Assembly: GCF_008831285.2 (NCBI RefSeq)
Contig: NC_045138.2
Location: 43,710,001 to 43,774,000 of the forward strand
Source: Nymphaea colorata
Lineage: Eukaryota
Length of the DNA: 64,000 bases
Reading direction: 5' to 3'
Made by a program: the position numbers and the translations under genes. Positions within the stretch are counted from its first letter, which is position 1, and each line of letters begins with the position of its first letter. Below, piece after piece: positions 1 through 12,990 of this stretch. A model generated the notes under the pieces. It saw only the letters and a list, made by a program, of their open reading frames with translations. It was not told where the DNA came from and made no database searches.

Positions 1-545
1 GGTGGTTGCTGCATATACACTTCTTCATGTAGGTCACCATACAGAAAGGCATTTTTGACATCAAGCTGTGATAGAGACCAATTCTTGCTGACGGCCACAG
101 CGAGAAGAACCCGTAAAGAAGCATGTCGTGCCACAGGAGAGAAGGTATCATAATAATCAACCCCATAAGTCTGAGTATAGCCTTTTGCAACCAGGCGAGC
201 CTTATATCTCTCAATGCTACCATCTGCTCTGTATTTAACAGTAAATACCCATCGACAACCAACAATAGCTGCATCAGATGAAGGAGTAACTAGTGTCCAC
301 GTGCCTCTAGACTGAAGGGCATCCATCTCTTCTTGCATAGCTGCGGCCCATTTGGGATCAGAAAGAGCGTCCATGGGAGTCTGTGGAAGAGCTACAGCCG
401 ACAGTCCCTTGACAAACTGTCGGTAAGTAGGAGTGAGGCGAGCCATGGACAAATGACCAGAGAGAGGATGCATAGTGCAACTGCGTTTGCCTTTCCTTTG
501 AGCAATAGGCATATCAAGTTCATTAATATGAGGACCAGAGAGAGT
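1..545 (-). pseudogene. Copia reverse transcriptase N-terminal part, in a shifted frame
   Basis: The other frame reads [78 protein letters not shown]. Confidence 0.9.
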
Positions 546-3081
546 CCCCTGTGGCATCATCACATAAAGAATGGTCAGCAGGATTTGTGTGTTCAGGAAG
601 TACCTTGGGCATGCTGGGTGAAGGCACAGGAGCACAGGGGGCAGGTTGAACAGGTTTAGTGCGACGTTGGTAAATAGCCCCAAAACGCGAAGCAACGGGT
701 TGTGGATAACTCATGAGAGGTAAAGGAAGGTGGACTTCATCACTAAATTCAGGCACCCTTAATTGAGTTCCATTTGAAGAGAAATAAGAGGTGGACTCAA
801 AAAATGTAACATCAGCACTGACATAATATCGACAAGTAGAAGGATCATAACAACGATATCCCTTTTGAGTGCGGGAATAACAAAGAAAGATCGTTTTGAT
901 AGCCCGAGGGGATAACTTATCTCTCCCAGGACCAAGCAACTGAACAAAGGCAACACATCCAAAAATACGAGGTGCAACAGAAAACAATTCTCTGTCAGGA
1001 AAAAGAACAGAGAAAGGAATAAGATCTCCCAACACAGATGACGGCATGCGATTAATAAGATAGCATGCTGTAAGAACAGCATCTCCCCAATAAGAATGGG
1101 GAACATGGTTGTGTATGATAATGGTTCTGGCGACATCAAGAATATGGCGGTGTTTTCTTTCAGCAACCCCGTTTTGTTGAGAGGTATAGGCACAAGAAGT
1201 TTGGTGAATGATACCCTTATCCCTGAAAAATTGTTCTAAAGAGGAAGCACAGAACTCAAGAGCATTGTCAGAGCGCACAATCTTGACACAAGTATCAAAC
1301 TGAGTCAGAATTTCATTGATAAAATTTTTGATTACATGACCCGCTTCAGATTTGTGTTTCATAAGAAAAACCCAACTAACACGACTGTAATCATCAACAA
1401 CAACAAGATAATACCGATGACCCTGAAGGTCAGGAGTACGACTCGGGCCCCAAACATCAAAATGAAGTAACTCAAACACAGAGTGGCTACTTCTACTAGA
1501 CCGCGGAGGAAAGGATGACCGATGGTGTTTGCCTAACTGACAAGACTCACATTGAAAAGACGACTTATGAGACAGCTGAGGGAGAACATGCAGCAGTTTC
1601 TGAAACGGGAGATGTCCAAAACGTAAATGCCAAGTATAAGCCGAGGATGAGGACGACCCCGACGAGGTAGATCCAGCAAAGGGAAAGGAATGCACTAGCC
1701 TGTAGAGACCTCCCTGTTCACGGCCACTGCCAATCACCCTGCCCGTCAGTATATCCTGAAACACAAGAGAGGAAGAGTCAAATATAGCACGACAATTTAA
1801 TTCTCTGGTAATCTGACTGATAGAAAGTAGGCTATGGGGGAATTCTGGTGCATGAAGAACGTGCTGCAGCGGCAATGATGAAGTAAGTTGGACCTCTCCA
1901 TGTCCAACAACTGGTGAATCTTTTCCATCTGCTAGAATAACCGAACGACCCGGTGGAGTAGGGACGTAAGAGGTGAATTGCGTCTTATCCCCACAGAGAT
2001 GTGTCGATGCACCAGAATCAATAAGCCAATCTGTAGTGTCAGGAGGAGAGCAGACTGTACAGGCAGAATACATACCAGATGAAGAAGCACTCGCAGCGGT
2101 AGGAACAGTAGAAGTGGTCGGACCAGGGACTTGATGGGTGCTGTCGCCAATCAAGTGTCTCAACTGAGAGAGAATGTCATCTACATGCAACTCACTGGAG
2201 GAGGCAGTGTGCTGAGGCTTAGGCTGCTCAGGAGAATCAGTAGATACAGTCTGATTTGCAAAAGCTGGACGACCATGTTTTTGCCAACACTTATCCACAG
2301 TATGACCAATGCGGTGACAAAACTGACATACAGGGCGCGAAGGGGTATTGCCACGGCCACGGCCCCCTCGTCCTCTGGCAAAAAAGAGTCCACCTCTGCC
2401 ACGAGTAGCAAGCATAGCAGAAGTGGTATCAGGAACAGTCGATGCAGAGATCGGAATTCTGCTGAGCCTACTGTAAGCCTCATCAATAGGAGGAATCGAG
2501 GGACTAGTAAGCATTTGGTTCTTTGCGGATTCATAAACAGAGTCTAAACCAGAAAGAAAGACCCCTACCATAAGCATATCTCTGTATGCCTTTTGTTGTT
2601 CACACTTGCATGCGGGAAAGTAGCTATTCAGTCGCTCAAACATGGACTTGAGACTAGAATAATAAGTGTGAAGAAGTCTGCCATCTTGCCGCATCTGATG
2701 GATATCATGATGAAGCTGCATAATGCACGTTTCATTTCTTGCCTGTGAATACGTGGCAGCAAGGGAATCCCACATATCCTTTGCACTGTCCTTGTGCAAG
2801 ACTTCATTTGCAATTTCTTGTGAGAGAGTACCAACAATCCATACCATAACCAACGAATTATCTTTAAACCAAGTAGTATATTTTCCTACCTTCTGTACGG
2901 GCTCGGGCTCCAAAATTAGATGTTCCTTCTCATGAGCGATCAAAGTTCTTTTTACTTGCATGGCCCACATCTCGTAATTACCCCCATCCATTTTGGTGAT
3001 AATGCTGGAAAATGGGGAACTTTTCATCTCTCCCGACGATACAAAGGAAGAGGTATTAGCGCCACTGCTAATTTCAGACAT
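523..3081 (-). CDS. Copia Gag-protease-integrase polyprotein, broken by a frameshift before RT
   Basis: 852-aa ORF with [14 protein letters not shown] zinc knuckle, WLIDSGAS protease, WHLRFGH..CESC HHCC motif, and [28 protein letters not shown] integrase core. Confidence 0.93.
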   Translation of the reverse strand: MSEISSGANTSSFVSSGEMKSSPFSSIITKMDGGNYEMWAMQVKRTLIAHEKEHLILEPEPVQKVGKYTTWFKDNSLVMVWIVGTLSQEIANEVLHKDSAKDMWDSLAATYSQARNETCIMQLHHDIHQMRQDGRLLHTYYSSLKSMFERLNSYFPACKCEQQKAYRDMLMVGVFLSGLDSVYESAKNQMLTSPSIPPIDEAYSRLSRIPISASTVPDTTSAMLATRGRGGLFFARGRGGRGRGNTPSRPVCQFCHRIGHTVDKCWQKHGRPAFANQTVSTDSPEQPKPQHTASSSELHVDDILSQLRHLIGDSTHQVPGPTTSTVPTAASASSSGMYSACTVCSPPDTTDWLIDSGASTHLCGDKTQFTSYVPTPPGRSVILADGKDSPVVGHGEVQLTSSLPLQHVLHAPEFPHSLLSISQITRELNCRAIFDSSSLVFQDILTGRVIGSGREQGGLYRLVHSFPFAGSTSSGSSSSSAYTWHLRFGHLPFQKLLHVLPQLSHKSSFQCESCQLGKHHRSSFPPRSSRSSHSVFELLHFDVWGPSRTPDLQGHRYYLVVVDDYSRVSWVFLMKHKSEAGHVIKNFINEILTQFDTCVKIVRSDNALEFCASSLEQFFRDKGIIHQTSCAYTSQQNGVAERKHRHILDVARTIIIHNHVPHSYWGDAVLTACYLINRMPSSVLGDLIPFSVLFPDRELFSVAPRIFGCVAFVQLLGPGRDKLSPRAIKTIFLCYSRTQKGYRCYDPSTCRYYVSADVTFFESTSYFSSNGTQLRVPEFSDEVHLPLPLMSYPQPVASRFGAIYQRRTKPVQPAPCAPVPSPSMPKVLPEHTNPADHSLCDDATGDSLWSSY

Positions 3082-3738
3082 CTTTCAACACAAAGGAGGA
3101 AACCGAGCCACAGAATAGGAAGTGCAGGCAAAAGAATACAATCACATATCGAAAGACAACATGCTGATCATGAAGCAATATACAGTTAACGCAGGTAGCA
3201 ATCCAGAAGTCTGATCGGCGAGAAGAGGCAACAGCAGAGCTGAACGAAGAGAGATACCAGAGACGACGCTGAGAAGAAAATCAGCGTGCAGAACCACGGG
3301 CAGAGCAGCGGCGGAACAGCGGCGGAGCAGCGTGCAGCGGAGGAGCAGCGTGCAGAGCAGCGGCGGAGCAGCATGTAGCGGAAAGACGCTGAGAGGAAAA
3401 AAAAATCAGCGTTGAGGCGGCGGCGAAGATGACAGGCGAAGCAGTCTGCTGGGCGGAGCAACGGCAGAGTGCACACGCGGCGGCGGCGCAGGCGGACGGG
3501 CGCAGGCAGACGGGCGCAGGCGGCGCAGGCGGAGGCGGCGCAGACAGACAATGGGTAGGGCGACGAGGGGCAGCAGGGATGGATCAGGCGGCAATGGACA
3601 GGGCGGCAAAGGGCGAGGCGGCAATGGACAGCGGGTGGCAATGGACAGGGCGGCAAAGGGCGGCGGCAACTGACGCCGATGAGGCGGCGGCCGGCGCCGC
3701 TCAGTCGGCGACAACTCGCTGTGGAGGAGACGGCTGGT

Positions 3739-3750
3739 GCTCTGATACCA
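3739..3750 (-). promoter_or_regulatory. Primer-binding site (tRNA-iMet) of the copia element
   Basis: Reverse complement is TGGTATCAGAGC, directly next to the LTR end. Confidence 0.92.
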
Positions 3751-3905
3751 TGATGAATTTAAGAGAACTAATCTTTGATTAACCTCGAAAGAATCCCTAA
3801 CTCCTCTTTATATAGACTAGAGGAGAGGGATAAGTTACAATAAAGTCATTAAAAAGAAACATTATTACACAAGTGCCCTCTCAAGCCTAATACTGAGTAT
3901 AAACA
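3751..3905 (-). repeat. Copia 5' LTR (~155 bp)
   Basis: Starts TG at the PBS and ends AAACA, where homology to the Gypsy LTR at 63 kb begins. The partner LTR is outside the window. Confidence 0.7.
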
Positions 3906-6349
3906 CGTCTTAACAGACATGATACAAATATATTCACGCTGCAACGATAGAGCAATCATCCATGCATGTGTGATTTCTAAAGAGAGTTGCTTAGCCTTTC
4001 CTATGACATCCACGTTGGGAAGGCAGGAACCCAAAGCTCTAAGCACATCAAACAACAATATCCTGAAGCTTTGCCATAACCAGTGGTGAGGGCTGGACAT
4101 ATCCCAAACATATTGTCAGTGGAGTGTAGACAAGACTAGTCACAAGGGCAGGACCTACCTCAAACAAAATTGTCATAACCCACTGGCCTCCCATCAATTA
4201 TTCTTTCTTAATTTACCATTATGAGGTCACATTCACAATAAGATTGGCTAGCACATAGGGTTAGTTCACTTCACAAGTGCACTCATACCTCAAAACACCT
4301 CTATAAGAGAGTTACACATTCAGCCAACGCTCTTAGCTAGCCATCATACTTTATAGGTGTTTCTACCCTTCAAATTTATTCAATTGCATCACTGTCCAAT
4401 AGCAATACATACAAAAATCTTATAGCATTCATATCAATCAAACATAACAATCACATCATACAAAAATTTAACACAACCACAGAAAGTAGTCTCGATTGGT
4501 GATTAGCTCGTACTTGTCTTATGCAAATATTATGCTAGGATGCTCACTAATGTACAATTGGGGTCGAAAAGATACTCGACTCGATACCCTACCTAATCTG
4601 TCCTAAACAATTATAATTTCCAGCTTGCATATGTCATTGTGTAATAATTTAAAGCAATCAACCAATCTCCTAATTATTCAATCACATATGTTCATGTGGT
4701 AATAACCATGTTATAGCACACATCAATCAACAAAACACAATCATAGGTTCTAACGATCCTGAAAAGCAAACACCCTAAATTTGGCCCTAGACAGGAATTT
4801 GCTAGGAATGTTGCCATATCTATCGTGCATCACCACAAATACCCAAAATTGCTTCGAGCTCCAAATCCTATTGCTCAAGGTTTACTCGACATGCCCGGTG
4901 CACCTGAGAAAACTCAAAGCGATAAGTCTTATATTCCTTTCACTCTAAAATCTATTTAGGTAAAAAATATGACCATTGAGATATAGGCCATGAACTCGAG
5001 CATATGCCAATAGTTTGAATCGGCTGACGAACATTTCTTCAAGTTTTTCACATATTTAAGAGGTCATTAAGCATGAACATTCCCAAATGCATCTTTAGGC
5101 ACATCATCAATAAATTAGACACCTAACACCTTGTTGAGACATCACTATTTGCAATTTTACTTTCTCATTAGCAATATGAAGATGATACTGTACTATTTCA
5201 CTTGCAATAGCATATATCAAGCAAATCACCCAGAATTATGTGTTTCCTTCACACCCTAGTGTACATCTGGCTCCCAATAACTTAAATATTTCGTCCTTCC
5301 TCCAAACCATAAATTTAACCTATAAAGCAACATCGGTGCTACCTCCCCACATGCATTGTAACATCCAACAGATTATACATAGATCCTCGCCCCTCCAAAA
5401 AACAGTCATAGACATTCTTCCATGTATTTAAATCTCTATCGTGCACCCTAAATCATTCGATTTTGAATCTAGTATACTCAAATAATAATTATAAATGCAC
5501 TTAAGGAAAGCATTAAACAAAATAGGCTCGATTAGACCTCGCTCACCCCTCTTTTAGACTCCTAGGTGCTGTAGTGTCCTCGGCAGCCACCCCAAATGCT
5601 TGACCGATCCCCAAACGATCAAGGTGATATGCTGTTGTCGCCTCCAACACCTTCTATTCACTGATATAAGGGGAAAGGTGCAGTCCTCCAACTGTCAAAA
5701 CTAAGACAGCTCTAGCGAGCGTGAAAATGAGCAAGAGAGAGGTCAAAAGGGAGAGGTCAGACGATAGAAGAGGTCATCCGGTTGAGAAGGAGATGGTTAG
5801 CTGTGGGAGACACATGCACAGGAGGGAGATACAGCAATGGAGAGACAAAGAAAGAGACAAAGGGTGTGAGTTCGGGCAAGGGAAAAAGACAGGCGAGAGA
5901 GAGAGTGAGGGACAGGGTGCTCAGTTGAGCGAGAGTGCAGAGAGACATGCGAGAGTGAGAGAGACCGAGGGTGAGAAAACACTGGCGGGAGAGAGAGCAG
6001 ATGGCGAGGGTTGACAAGAGACGGTGAAGGCAAGAGGACTTGGGACAGGGAGGGAGAAGAGTAAAGAACGATGAGAGGGAGAGGAATAAAGATGCGATAG
6101 AGGGCGAGAAAGAAGAAGACAAAAGAAACAAAGAGAAATCAAGAGAGGCTTACCTCAGCTCCGCCGCCCTTCACCTCCGCCGCTGCTGTACCTTCTTCTG
6201 CTTCTTGTTCCTTCGTGTCAAGTTCGAACCAGCAAGATAGATTAACAGGGAGAGCCCAGCATTGGGCCTTCCTTTTCACACATGTGGAGTTTGGGTCTGG
6301 TTTTGGACCTTGATCCAGGCCCCACTTGCCTAAAATATCACTCGTCACA
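3906..6349 (-). mobile_element. Large Gypsy (Tekay-like) LTR remnant, host of the copia insertion
   Basis: 3940-4880 aligns by eye with 63080-64000 (e.g. shared CAATTGGGGTCGA..CTCGACTCGATACCC). Ends in CGTCACA at 6349, i.e. a TGTGACG terminus on the minus strand. Confidence 0.7.
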
Positions 6350-7461
6350 TTTTTGCTCTTGACTTTTACTTCAAAACTCCTTTTAAATAGTTACTATCAT
6401 TTTTTTATAAAGTACTTTCATTTCTATGATATGATCAAATATGAGACATTCTCCACTTCATGAGAAATATGATGAAAGAAGCAAACATTTTACCAGAATT
6501 GCACATATATTGTAGACTTTCACATTCAATGCATAAGAATTTCAGCCTTCATGTGCTAATAAAATTTTGAGATGTAATTTTTAGCATTTTTCATTTGTTT
6601 GATACATTTTTTCACCTTTTTCTTTTCCATTTTTCTTTCTAGATTTTTCCTTTCTTTCTTCTTTTTATCCTTGTTTTAAGATTTTCCTTTTTCATCTGAC
6701 CTTCACTACTAGGGGAAATTCCTTGCTACCCAACAACTACTACTGAACTTCATCATTTTTTATGATATTGTATAGGTCTATCTACTGCTTTCCCATTTCA
6801 GCTTGCAGGTCTTGGAGAGATAAATATGCATAGGTCACAACCTTTATGAGGCAGACATAAATCAGCTTTTTGCCAACTCGTCCCTCTCGATCATCGACTT
6901 AGATGAATAAGTATGATAGTTATGAGCTCAAGATCAATGCTCATTTTATAGTATTTCTATTAAACCTCTATCAGAAACAAAAGTGGAAGTCGTATAATAT
7001 TTCTGGTTGGGTCTGAACATGTGAGAGATTGCCAAAAGAATATTTTTTCCTGACCTTAATGTCTTTGGCTCCATAGAATAATTTGATCATATCAAAGTCC
7101 TTTCAGCCACTATATATCCCTCAGCTGATTTAAAATATTTAAAATTTGCCCTATCTTTTGAGGAAAACTAAAAGGGAGAAGTACCATGTTCGATTCCCTA
7201 GACTATGTCCAAAAGATGTGTACATTAAGATCAGTCATTAATTTCTACCATCCATAGACATCAAAAAAATATGATTTGAATGTTCGAAAGTTTCATTAGT
7301 TGATAAGGGATATAAAGTTCAGATGGAATTGTAAGAACAATGTTGAGGTATAGAAGGATTTGCCCCGAGACTGTTTGAAATTTTTTTCTTGGAGTGCCTC
7401 AATGATGAAAAATCATGAAGAGTTTTAGAGTTTGACAATTTTTTGACAAGTATGTCCTCAT

Positions 7462-7750
7462 TTGTAAGGATTGCTAATGGTAGAGAGTGACCTTGTTTAT
7501 GAGGTCGAATGGAGAATCTACCTCTAACATGACTGGTTATTTACCAACATGGTAGTCTTCCAATGTGGATTATCAGTCCTCGTTTGTAAGGATGGTTGAT
7601 GCTAGAGAGTGACCTTGTTTGTGAGGTCGAAAAGGGACATACCTCTTACGTGTCAGGACAATGGGATTTAGGGTGACTCCATTCGTAAGCTTGAAAAGAG
7701 ATTTACCGTTAACATCCTAGGACAATGGTATAGAGAATGACCTTGTTTTT
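7462..7750 (+). repeat. Degenerate ~120-bp tandem repeat (2-3 units) in retroelement debris
   Basis: TTGTAAGGAT..TAGAGAGTGACCTTGTTT.TGAGGTCGAA occurs at ~7462 and ~7584, with a partial third unit at ~7725. Confidence 0.6.
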
Positions 7751-8496
7751 TCACATAACCGTGAAATGAAAGACAATAACTGATCCACCCATAGAATGAA
7801 AGAAATTCGAGAAGAAATGTGATTGACTCTGGAGAGTGGAGTCTGACCCAGGAAACCATACAGGTTTCCTGAAGTTTGAGTACAGCCAGACAAACATAAT
7901 AATACCTACATGGTTCCCCAATTTAGTGGCTCTAATATGCATTGCTTTCAAAAGGGTTACGAGGATTCTTGGAGGGTTTTATGCTCAAGATCTTCGATAG
8001 TCCGATCAAGTTATGCCCATATACCTGGGTAGAGCCTATAGCACATGGCATAGACATCTCTATTTGGATTCCATGGTTTGCATACTTATCTCACCAATAG
8101 TATTTGAAGATATACCCAGGTCATTGACCCCAGTGGTACTAATGAGAGGGCTTACCCTACCCTAGGATTAGTTCAGTTGTGAAAGATACTCAGTGGCATG
8201 ATAATCGGACATGTATAGGTGAAGGGATTTGAAAAATGAACGACTAAGGGCTTGAATGCAATGCTGCCTAACATGGGGGTTAAAATGACAGGGGCAAACA
8301 AGGTTTTCAAATAATATAATAATTGAAGTAGGTTATATTTTGTTTAATTCTATGTGAGTGTGCTTGATTCCTGTTAGTTGTTCAAAGTAGTATATACATA
8401 GGAATGAAACATGTAAATTTGAAATTCTTCAAGTTCAGATAACATTTTGGGGTCTTACACAAGCAGTGAAACAATGTCTAGCCGTAGTAGAGATAG

Positions 8497-10300
8497 GTCC
8501 CACTATGATCACTAGTTTTTTGGGATGGAAAAGTTTATCACCGTGAAGATGATTGCTTCTACGAAGTAAGAAAGTGGTTTTGGGGCCTGACCTATTGGTA
8601 CAATTTTGGCCGTTCATGGGCACACCTTTACCAGGGGTAACCGAACCAAGGACTAAATTTGACCTTCCTACTTGTTTAAGAAACTAAATGTCATCCTAAA
8701 TACAATGCAATTTAAGGTAAACATGTTCTAGTTTTGGAATGCACTCCTAGTTTGACCTCAGAGTTTATGGAGCTTGAATAAGAGTAAGGGGCATTATTTG
8801 TCCCTAATCAGAGCAAGTCATGCAAATATGACCATAATTTTTATGATGCATGATTAATGTGAAATTAACCTAGTTTTCGAAAATACAGGTGGCCTCACAT
8901 TTAAAGGGTTGATTGAATAAGATAAGAGGGGCTCTATTCATTCCCTTCTTATCATTTCCCATGCAATGATGACCTAAATTTTACATGATGCATGATGAGA
9001 GCAATGTAGCTGGTTTTCACAAATGACGGTTTTCTAAAATCGAGATTGGCCTCAGATTTAAGGGTGTTCGAATAGAGAAAGAGTTCCAATATTCTTAGCT
9101 CATCATTGACCATGCAGATGCATGAACCTAATTCATGATGCAAACCCTAACCTACATGAATGTGATGTTTGGAGATTAACAAACTTTAAACTTGCTAATG
9201 ATAAGGTGGCTGCTACAGTTTTTACGGTGATATAATGTTTTTAAGTGGGGTTAAATTAAGATTATCTACTTACCTGGGCAGATTTAATGCTCATTTAGGG
9301 TAGAAGGGTAGGTTATTGGATCTAAGGGGTTGGCTTCAATCTAATGTAGTATCACTAAATTCGGGCCTTGATAAGGTCGATTACCTAGAACAATGTTGAC
9401 TTAGAATTAACTGCCCTAAGTTAGGCAGAAGTGGTGTCTAAGTTTTGACTTAGCTTGATTTAATCTCACCTAGGCTCAAGGCTTACCCTAGTTAATGACC
9501 TTGAATAATCTAAGCTACGGTCTGTTAAACAAGCTTGGGTTTACTAAGGTTTAGTTTGACTCAAACATACGGCATGGGCTTGATGTGGCCCATGTTAAAG
9601 GCATTACATGTTTGCTTGGCCATAACTGAATCAAGTGGGCTTAGTTGACCTTGACTTGATTTAGACTGGATCTAGACCTAGCTCATGTTCGACACCTCGA
9701 GCAAGGTAAGTTAGTTTTAATCTCATCAATGTTGGGCTTGGGATTCTAACCAATGTTTGTACACTGGTTGAGATCTCTCACGACTCAAGTTTATAATTTA
9801 GAGCATTCAAAAAATGATCTTGTGCAAAGACTAGGCGGGTTGTGGATTCTAAGGAGACTCTGGTTGGATGTCTGCATGAGCTTGAGCCCATTTGTATTAG
9901 AGACATCAAATGGATCTCACTGAGTTTAGGCAAACATAGTTTGACTCGATTCAGTGCCTAACCCAAAGTGAATTTTACTTAGATTAATCACCTCAAGTAA
10001 GCTCTAGTGGAATATTTAATTGAATCGAGTAGGCTTTAGGCATAGGACTTGTTTAGCATGGTTTGAATCTTAACTTGAATCAAACTCAGGTTTCAGATCT
10101 CAAATTTGATTAAGCTAAGCTCCTCCAAATTAAACATGGTTTATGAAATGGGGTGGTTTACTTACAAAGAACATGGTTTAGACAAAGCAAGCTTATAACT
10201 CTATTAACCTCTAACTATTTAACTGCATGATATATAGCATGGGCATGATGAAAGTATAACTAAAGAGAGAAAACAAACTTAGCGTGAACTACATAACTGA
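8497..10300 (-). mobile_element. Decayed Ogre/Tat-like LTR with degenerate tRNA-Arg-type PBS
   Basis: Minus-strand TAGTGATCATAGTGGGAC (8497-8514) differs from TGGCGACCACAGTGGGA only by transitions. The family U5 motif lies at 8585-8655. The outer boundary is approximate. Confidence 0.5.
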
Positions 10301-10559
10301 AATTAAACTAGCATGAAGTTTTATTAAGAAAAGCAACTAAGGTTATAAGCTTTAGGAGTATGTGGAGGATAGCAACATGGACCAAAAAGGAAGAGGTAAG
10401 TTGGAGAGGGTGCACTTTGGTGGAGCAGCAGAGTGGCAGTATGTTGAGAAGTGAGGGCATAGTGGTAATTTGAGAAGAAGATGAGGTAAGGAGCGATGCA
10501 AGCAATGGGTGAGGTAAACAATAATGTTATTTAGTTTTTCATTAAAAAATAAATAAAAT

Positions 10560-10760
10560 AAAAAGGTGGTTGTCCTATTGATTATGCTCAAAAAGGTGGG
10601 CTTCCTAGTGATTATGCTATAACAAGTGGGCCTTGAGTGGCTTTCTTTTGGAAAACATGAGCCCCTAATGATGATGTTCTAAAATGGTGGGCTCCTTCGA
10701 TGACTATTGCCTAAAACTGTGGGTTTAGTTAATGATGACAATTCATAAAACTGTGGATTC
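10560..10760 (+). repeat. Degenerate ~30-bp tandem repeat
   Basis: AAAAGGTGGG..CCTA.TGATTATGCT-like units recur about every 30 nt (6-7 units). Confidence 0.5.
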
Positions 10761-11052
10761 ATCATTCTCTTACTTTTCTGTTCTTCTTTTTCTTTAAAAA
10801 TTTACTATCGGTGGACCTAGGATGCTAGAGTGGGTCCAAGTCCAGGTCTAGGTTTTTCTAGGAAAGGGGCTGGTATGATTGTGGATTGCTTTTGTGATCC
10901 AGAATCTAATTTGTTTTCAATGTAAAACCAGATTTTCAAGTTGAACTTTAAGAGAATCTCATTTTAATCAAAATTTATTCTGACAGTCACCTCGGGCATA
11001 CAATGTGACCTTTTCCTAGGATTGTTGACTTCTGTTCTACGTGCACAGCAGA

Positions 11053-12050
11053 TCAAAACACAACAGGCAAGCTGTGTAGGACGACAGTGTCAACAGTGAG
11101 GCCAGGTCCGAACCCAAGGAGCACACCCCACTCGAGCCCTTCTCCGGTTGTGGCCGCGCCATCCTCCATCGATCTCTTCCTCACCTCGTCCATGATAAAG
11201 AGCACGGTTGCACTGGACATGTTGCCGTACTCGCTTAGCACGCGCCTAGACGCCCTTAGCTTCTCAGCTTTCAACTTGAGCCTCTCCTCCACTCGGTTCA
11301 AGACGGCAGGCCCGCCAGGGTGCATGATCCAGAATATGGAGTTCCAGTCCGAGACCCCGAGTCGGTCAAAGGCCTCTGCCAAAACCTTCTCGATGTTAGT
11401 CGAGATGAGGCTCGGCACACTCTGTTGGAGATGGAAAGTCAAGCCCGCCGCGCCTAGGTGCCCTCCCACAGCCCCTTCGCTGTCGGGCAAAATGGTCTGA
11501 CCAGTCCAAGCGAGCTCGAAAATCGGCTTCTCCATGTTAGGGACTGGGTCCACGCCAACAATGACTGCAGCCGCTCCATCGGCAAAAAGGGCTAAACCAA
11601 CCAGGCCATCTGGGTACGTCCCGCAGGGCCCGTGGAACGTAACTGCAACCATCTCGCAGCATACGACCAACACCCTTGACCCCCTGTTGTTCTCGGCGAA
11701 GTCCTTGGCTATGCGTAAGACCGCGCTGCCGGCGAAACAGCCCTGGTGAGGTAGCATGACGCGCTTGACTGCCGGGTTCAGGCCCAAGAGGTTGGTGAGT
11801 TGGTAGTCCGCACCAGGCAGCTCCCCGCCGCTGCTGGTACAAAAGATGAGGTGCGTGATGTTTGACCTGGGCCGCGCCCACTCGGCGATGGCCTTGACCG
11901 CGGCCTCCTGCGCCAAGCGCGGCACCTCTTTAACCAGCATGGCTTGGCGCGCGTCTAGGGAGGGAGCCGCCTGGTCACAGATGCTGGGGTTTGCCTTCAA
12001 CATCTCTTCTGTCAATTGCATGTGCCTCTTCTTTATCCCAGAGTTACCAC
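11053..12050 (-). CDS. Exon 2 of the type III PKS (open and uninterrupted)
   Basis: Acceptor GATGCAG|GT at 12051/12050; the ORF is continuous to TGA at 11053. Confidence 0.93.
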
Positions 12051-12350
12051 CTGCATCCATACTCACAAGCCCCATATTAAGCATATCGAATAAAAAGCCC
12101 AATCACGTATCAACATATTTGCTATCAATCTTTTATCAAAGATCAAAGCCATCATATATATGGAATGAAAATAAAGAAAGATTAGGTCAGGTATATATAT
12201 GATATATAGTGGGCTATGTATGTACAAGAAGAATGTTAAGACATGAATGGTATACGATGTCTGCGATTGTCTAAAAAACAATGGTTATGGTGAGAGAAGA
12301 ATGTAAAATTTACATATTTTGGTGAACTTCTCCTTAAGGCCGGTCAGGTG
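11053..12350 (-). pseudogene. Type III polyketide synthase (CHS/STS superfamily), 5'-truncated: exon 1 remnant 12314-12350, intron 12051-12313, intact exon 2 11053-12050
   Basis: The exon 1 remnant encodes HLTGLKEKFTKI-C, and a GT..AG intron splits the Cys codon exactly as in CHS genes. Exon 2 has QGCFAG (Cys), WIMHPGG (His), YGNMSS (Asn), ALF, LTFHL and GFGPG. Upstream of 12350 there is an in-frame stop and no CHS-like sequence. Confidence 0.88.
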
Positions 12351-12439
12351 TAAATTTTCATTTTAAATGAAACCAAGTTTTCTTTGTGTTTCCAGAATTT
12401 TGGATTTTGGGTAAAAGAAGACTGCATCTTTTGAAAGGT

Positions 12440-12990
12440 GAACCAACTTAGTGTACTTACAAATACAAGTGATACAAGTGAATGGATAAGAGACATGATA
12501 GACCAGCTAGTAATGAGCAGCTAAAGGATAGCTCAACTTCTTCTGAAGCCGACGCTCCAAGTTCAGAAGATTGAACCAGCTGAGTAGAGGTTGGTGTTCC
12601 AGCACAGTCCGACTAGAGTCCACTAGAAAATCAATTGACCATATTGCTCACTACCCTGTAAATTTGAACTACAGTTGGTACAAATGTTGGTGGATGATCC
12701 AAGGATCCAACACGACCCCTAGGTGACACTAGCGCACCCCCAAGGCCAAACTACCGTTAGTTACATACAAGCAATTCATTGAAATGGGGCCACATTCATC
12801 AACAAGATGAGGCGGTATAGATAGTGTAAAAAATAGGGTACACAAGGTGGGATGCATCTTGCAACTGCTTAGGGTGGTAGGAGAAAATACAATTAATTAC
12901 ATCACTTACCTAATACCTACTAAAGGATGATGCTGAAAGGTGGTGGCAAACAGGTTCTACCATCCAATTCACAAATCAGCAACAAATTAT
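12440..12990 (+). pseudogene. Degenerate Gypsy gag fragment abutting the broken PKS exon 1
   Basis: ~12914-12990 reads YLLKDDAERWWQT, a retrotransposon gag motif; the flanks contain stops. Confidence 0.55.

Larger units (their letters stand above)
1..3905 (-). mobile_element. Ty1/copia LTR retrotransposon (short-LTR, Ale/Retrofit-like), 5' part; runs off the left edge
   Basis: Order on the minus strand is 5' LTR (~3751-3905, TG..CA), PBS TGGTATCAGAGC (3739-3750), GC-rich leader, then gag-PR-IN-RT, which is the copia domain order. Confidence 0.95.

Noticed and set aside
3186..3782. GC-rich ORFs in copia leaders (also 35191-35725 and 38147-38929)
   Set aside because: Low-complexity, stop-poor 5' UTR sequence open in several frames, with no recognisable domains.
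9267..9277. TACTTACCTGG resembling the U1 snRNA 5' end
   Set aside because: Only 11 nt match and no U1 body follows; it is simply the reverse complement of a splice-donor consensus.
12051..12102. ORF-track N-terminus [17 protein letters not shown] of the 349-aa PKS ORF
   Set aside because: It is intron sequence read in frame; the conserved CHS acceptor is at 12051/12050.
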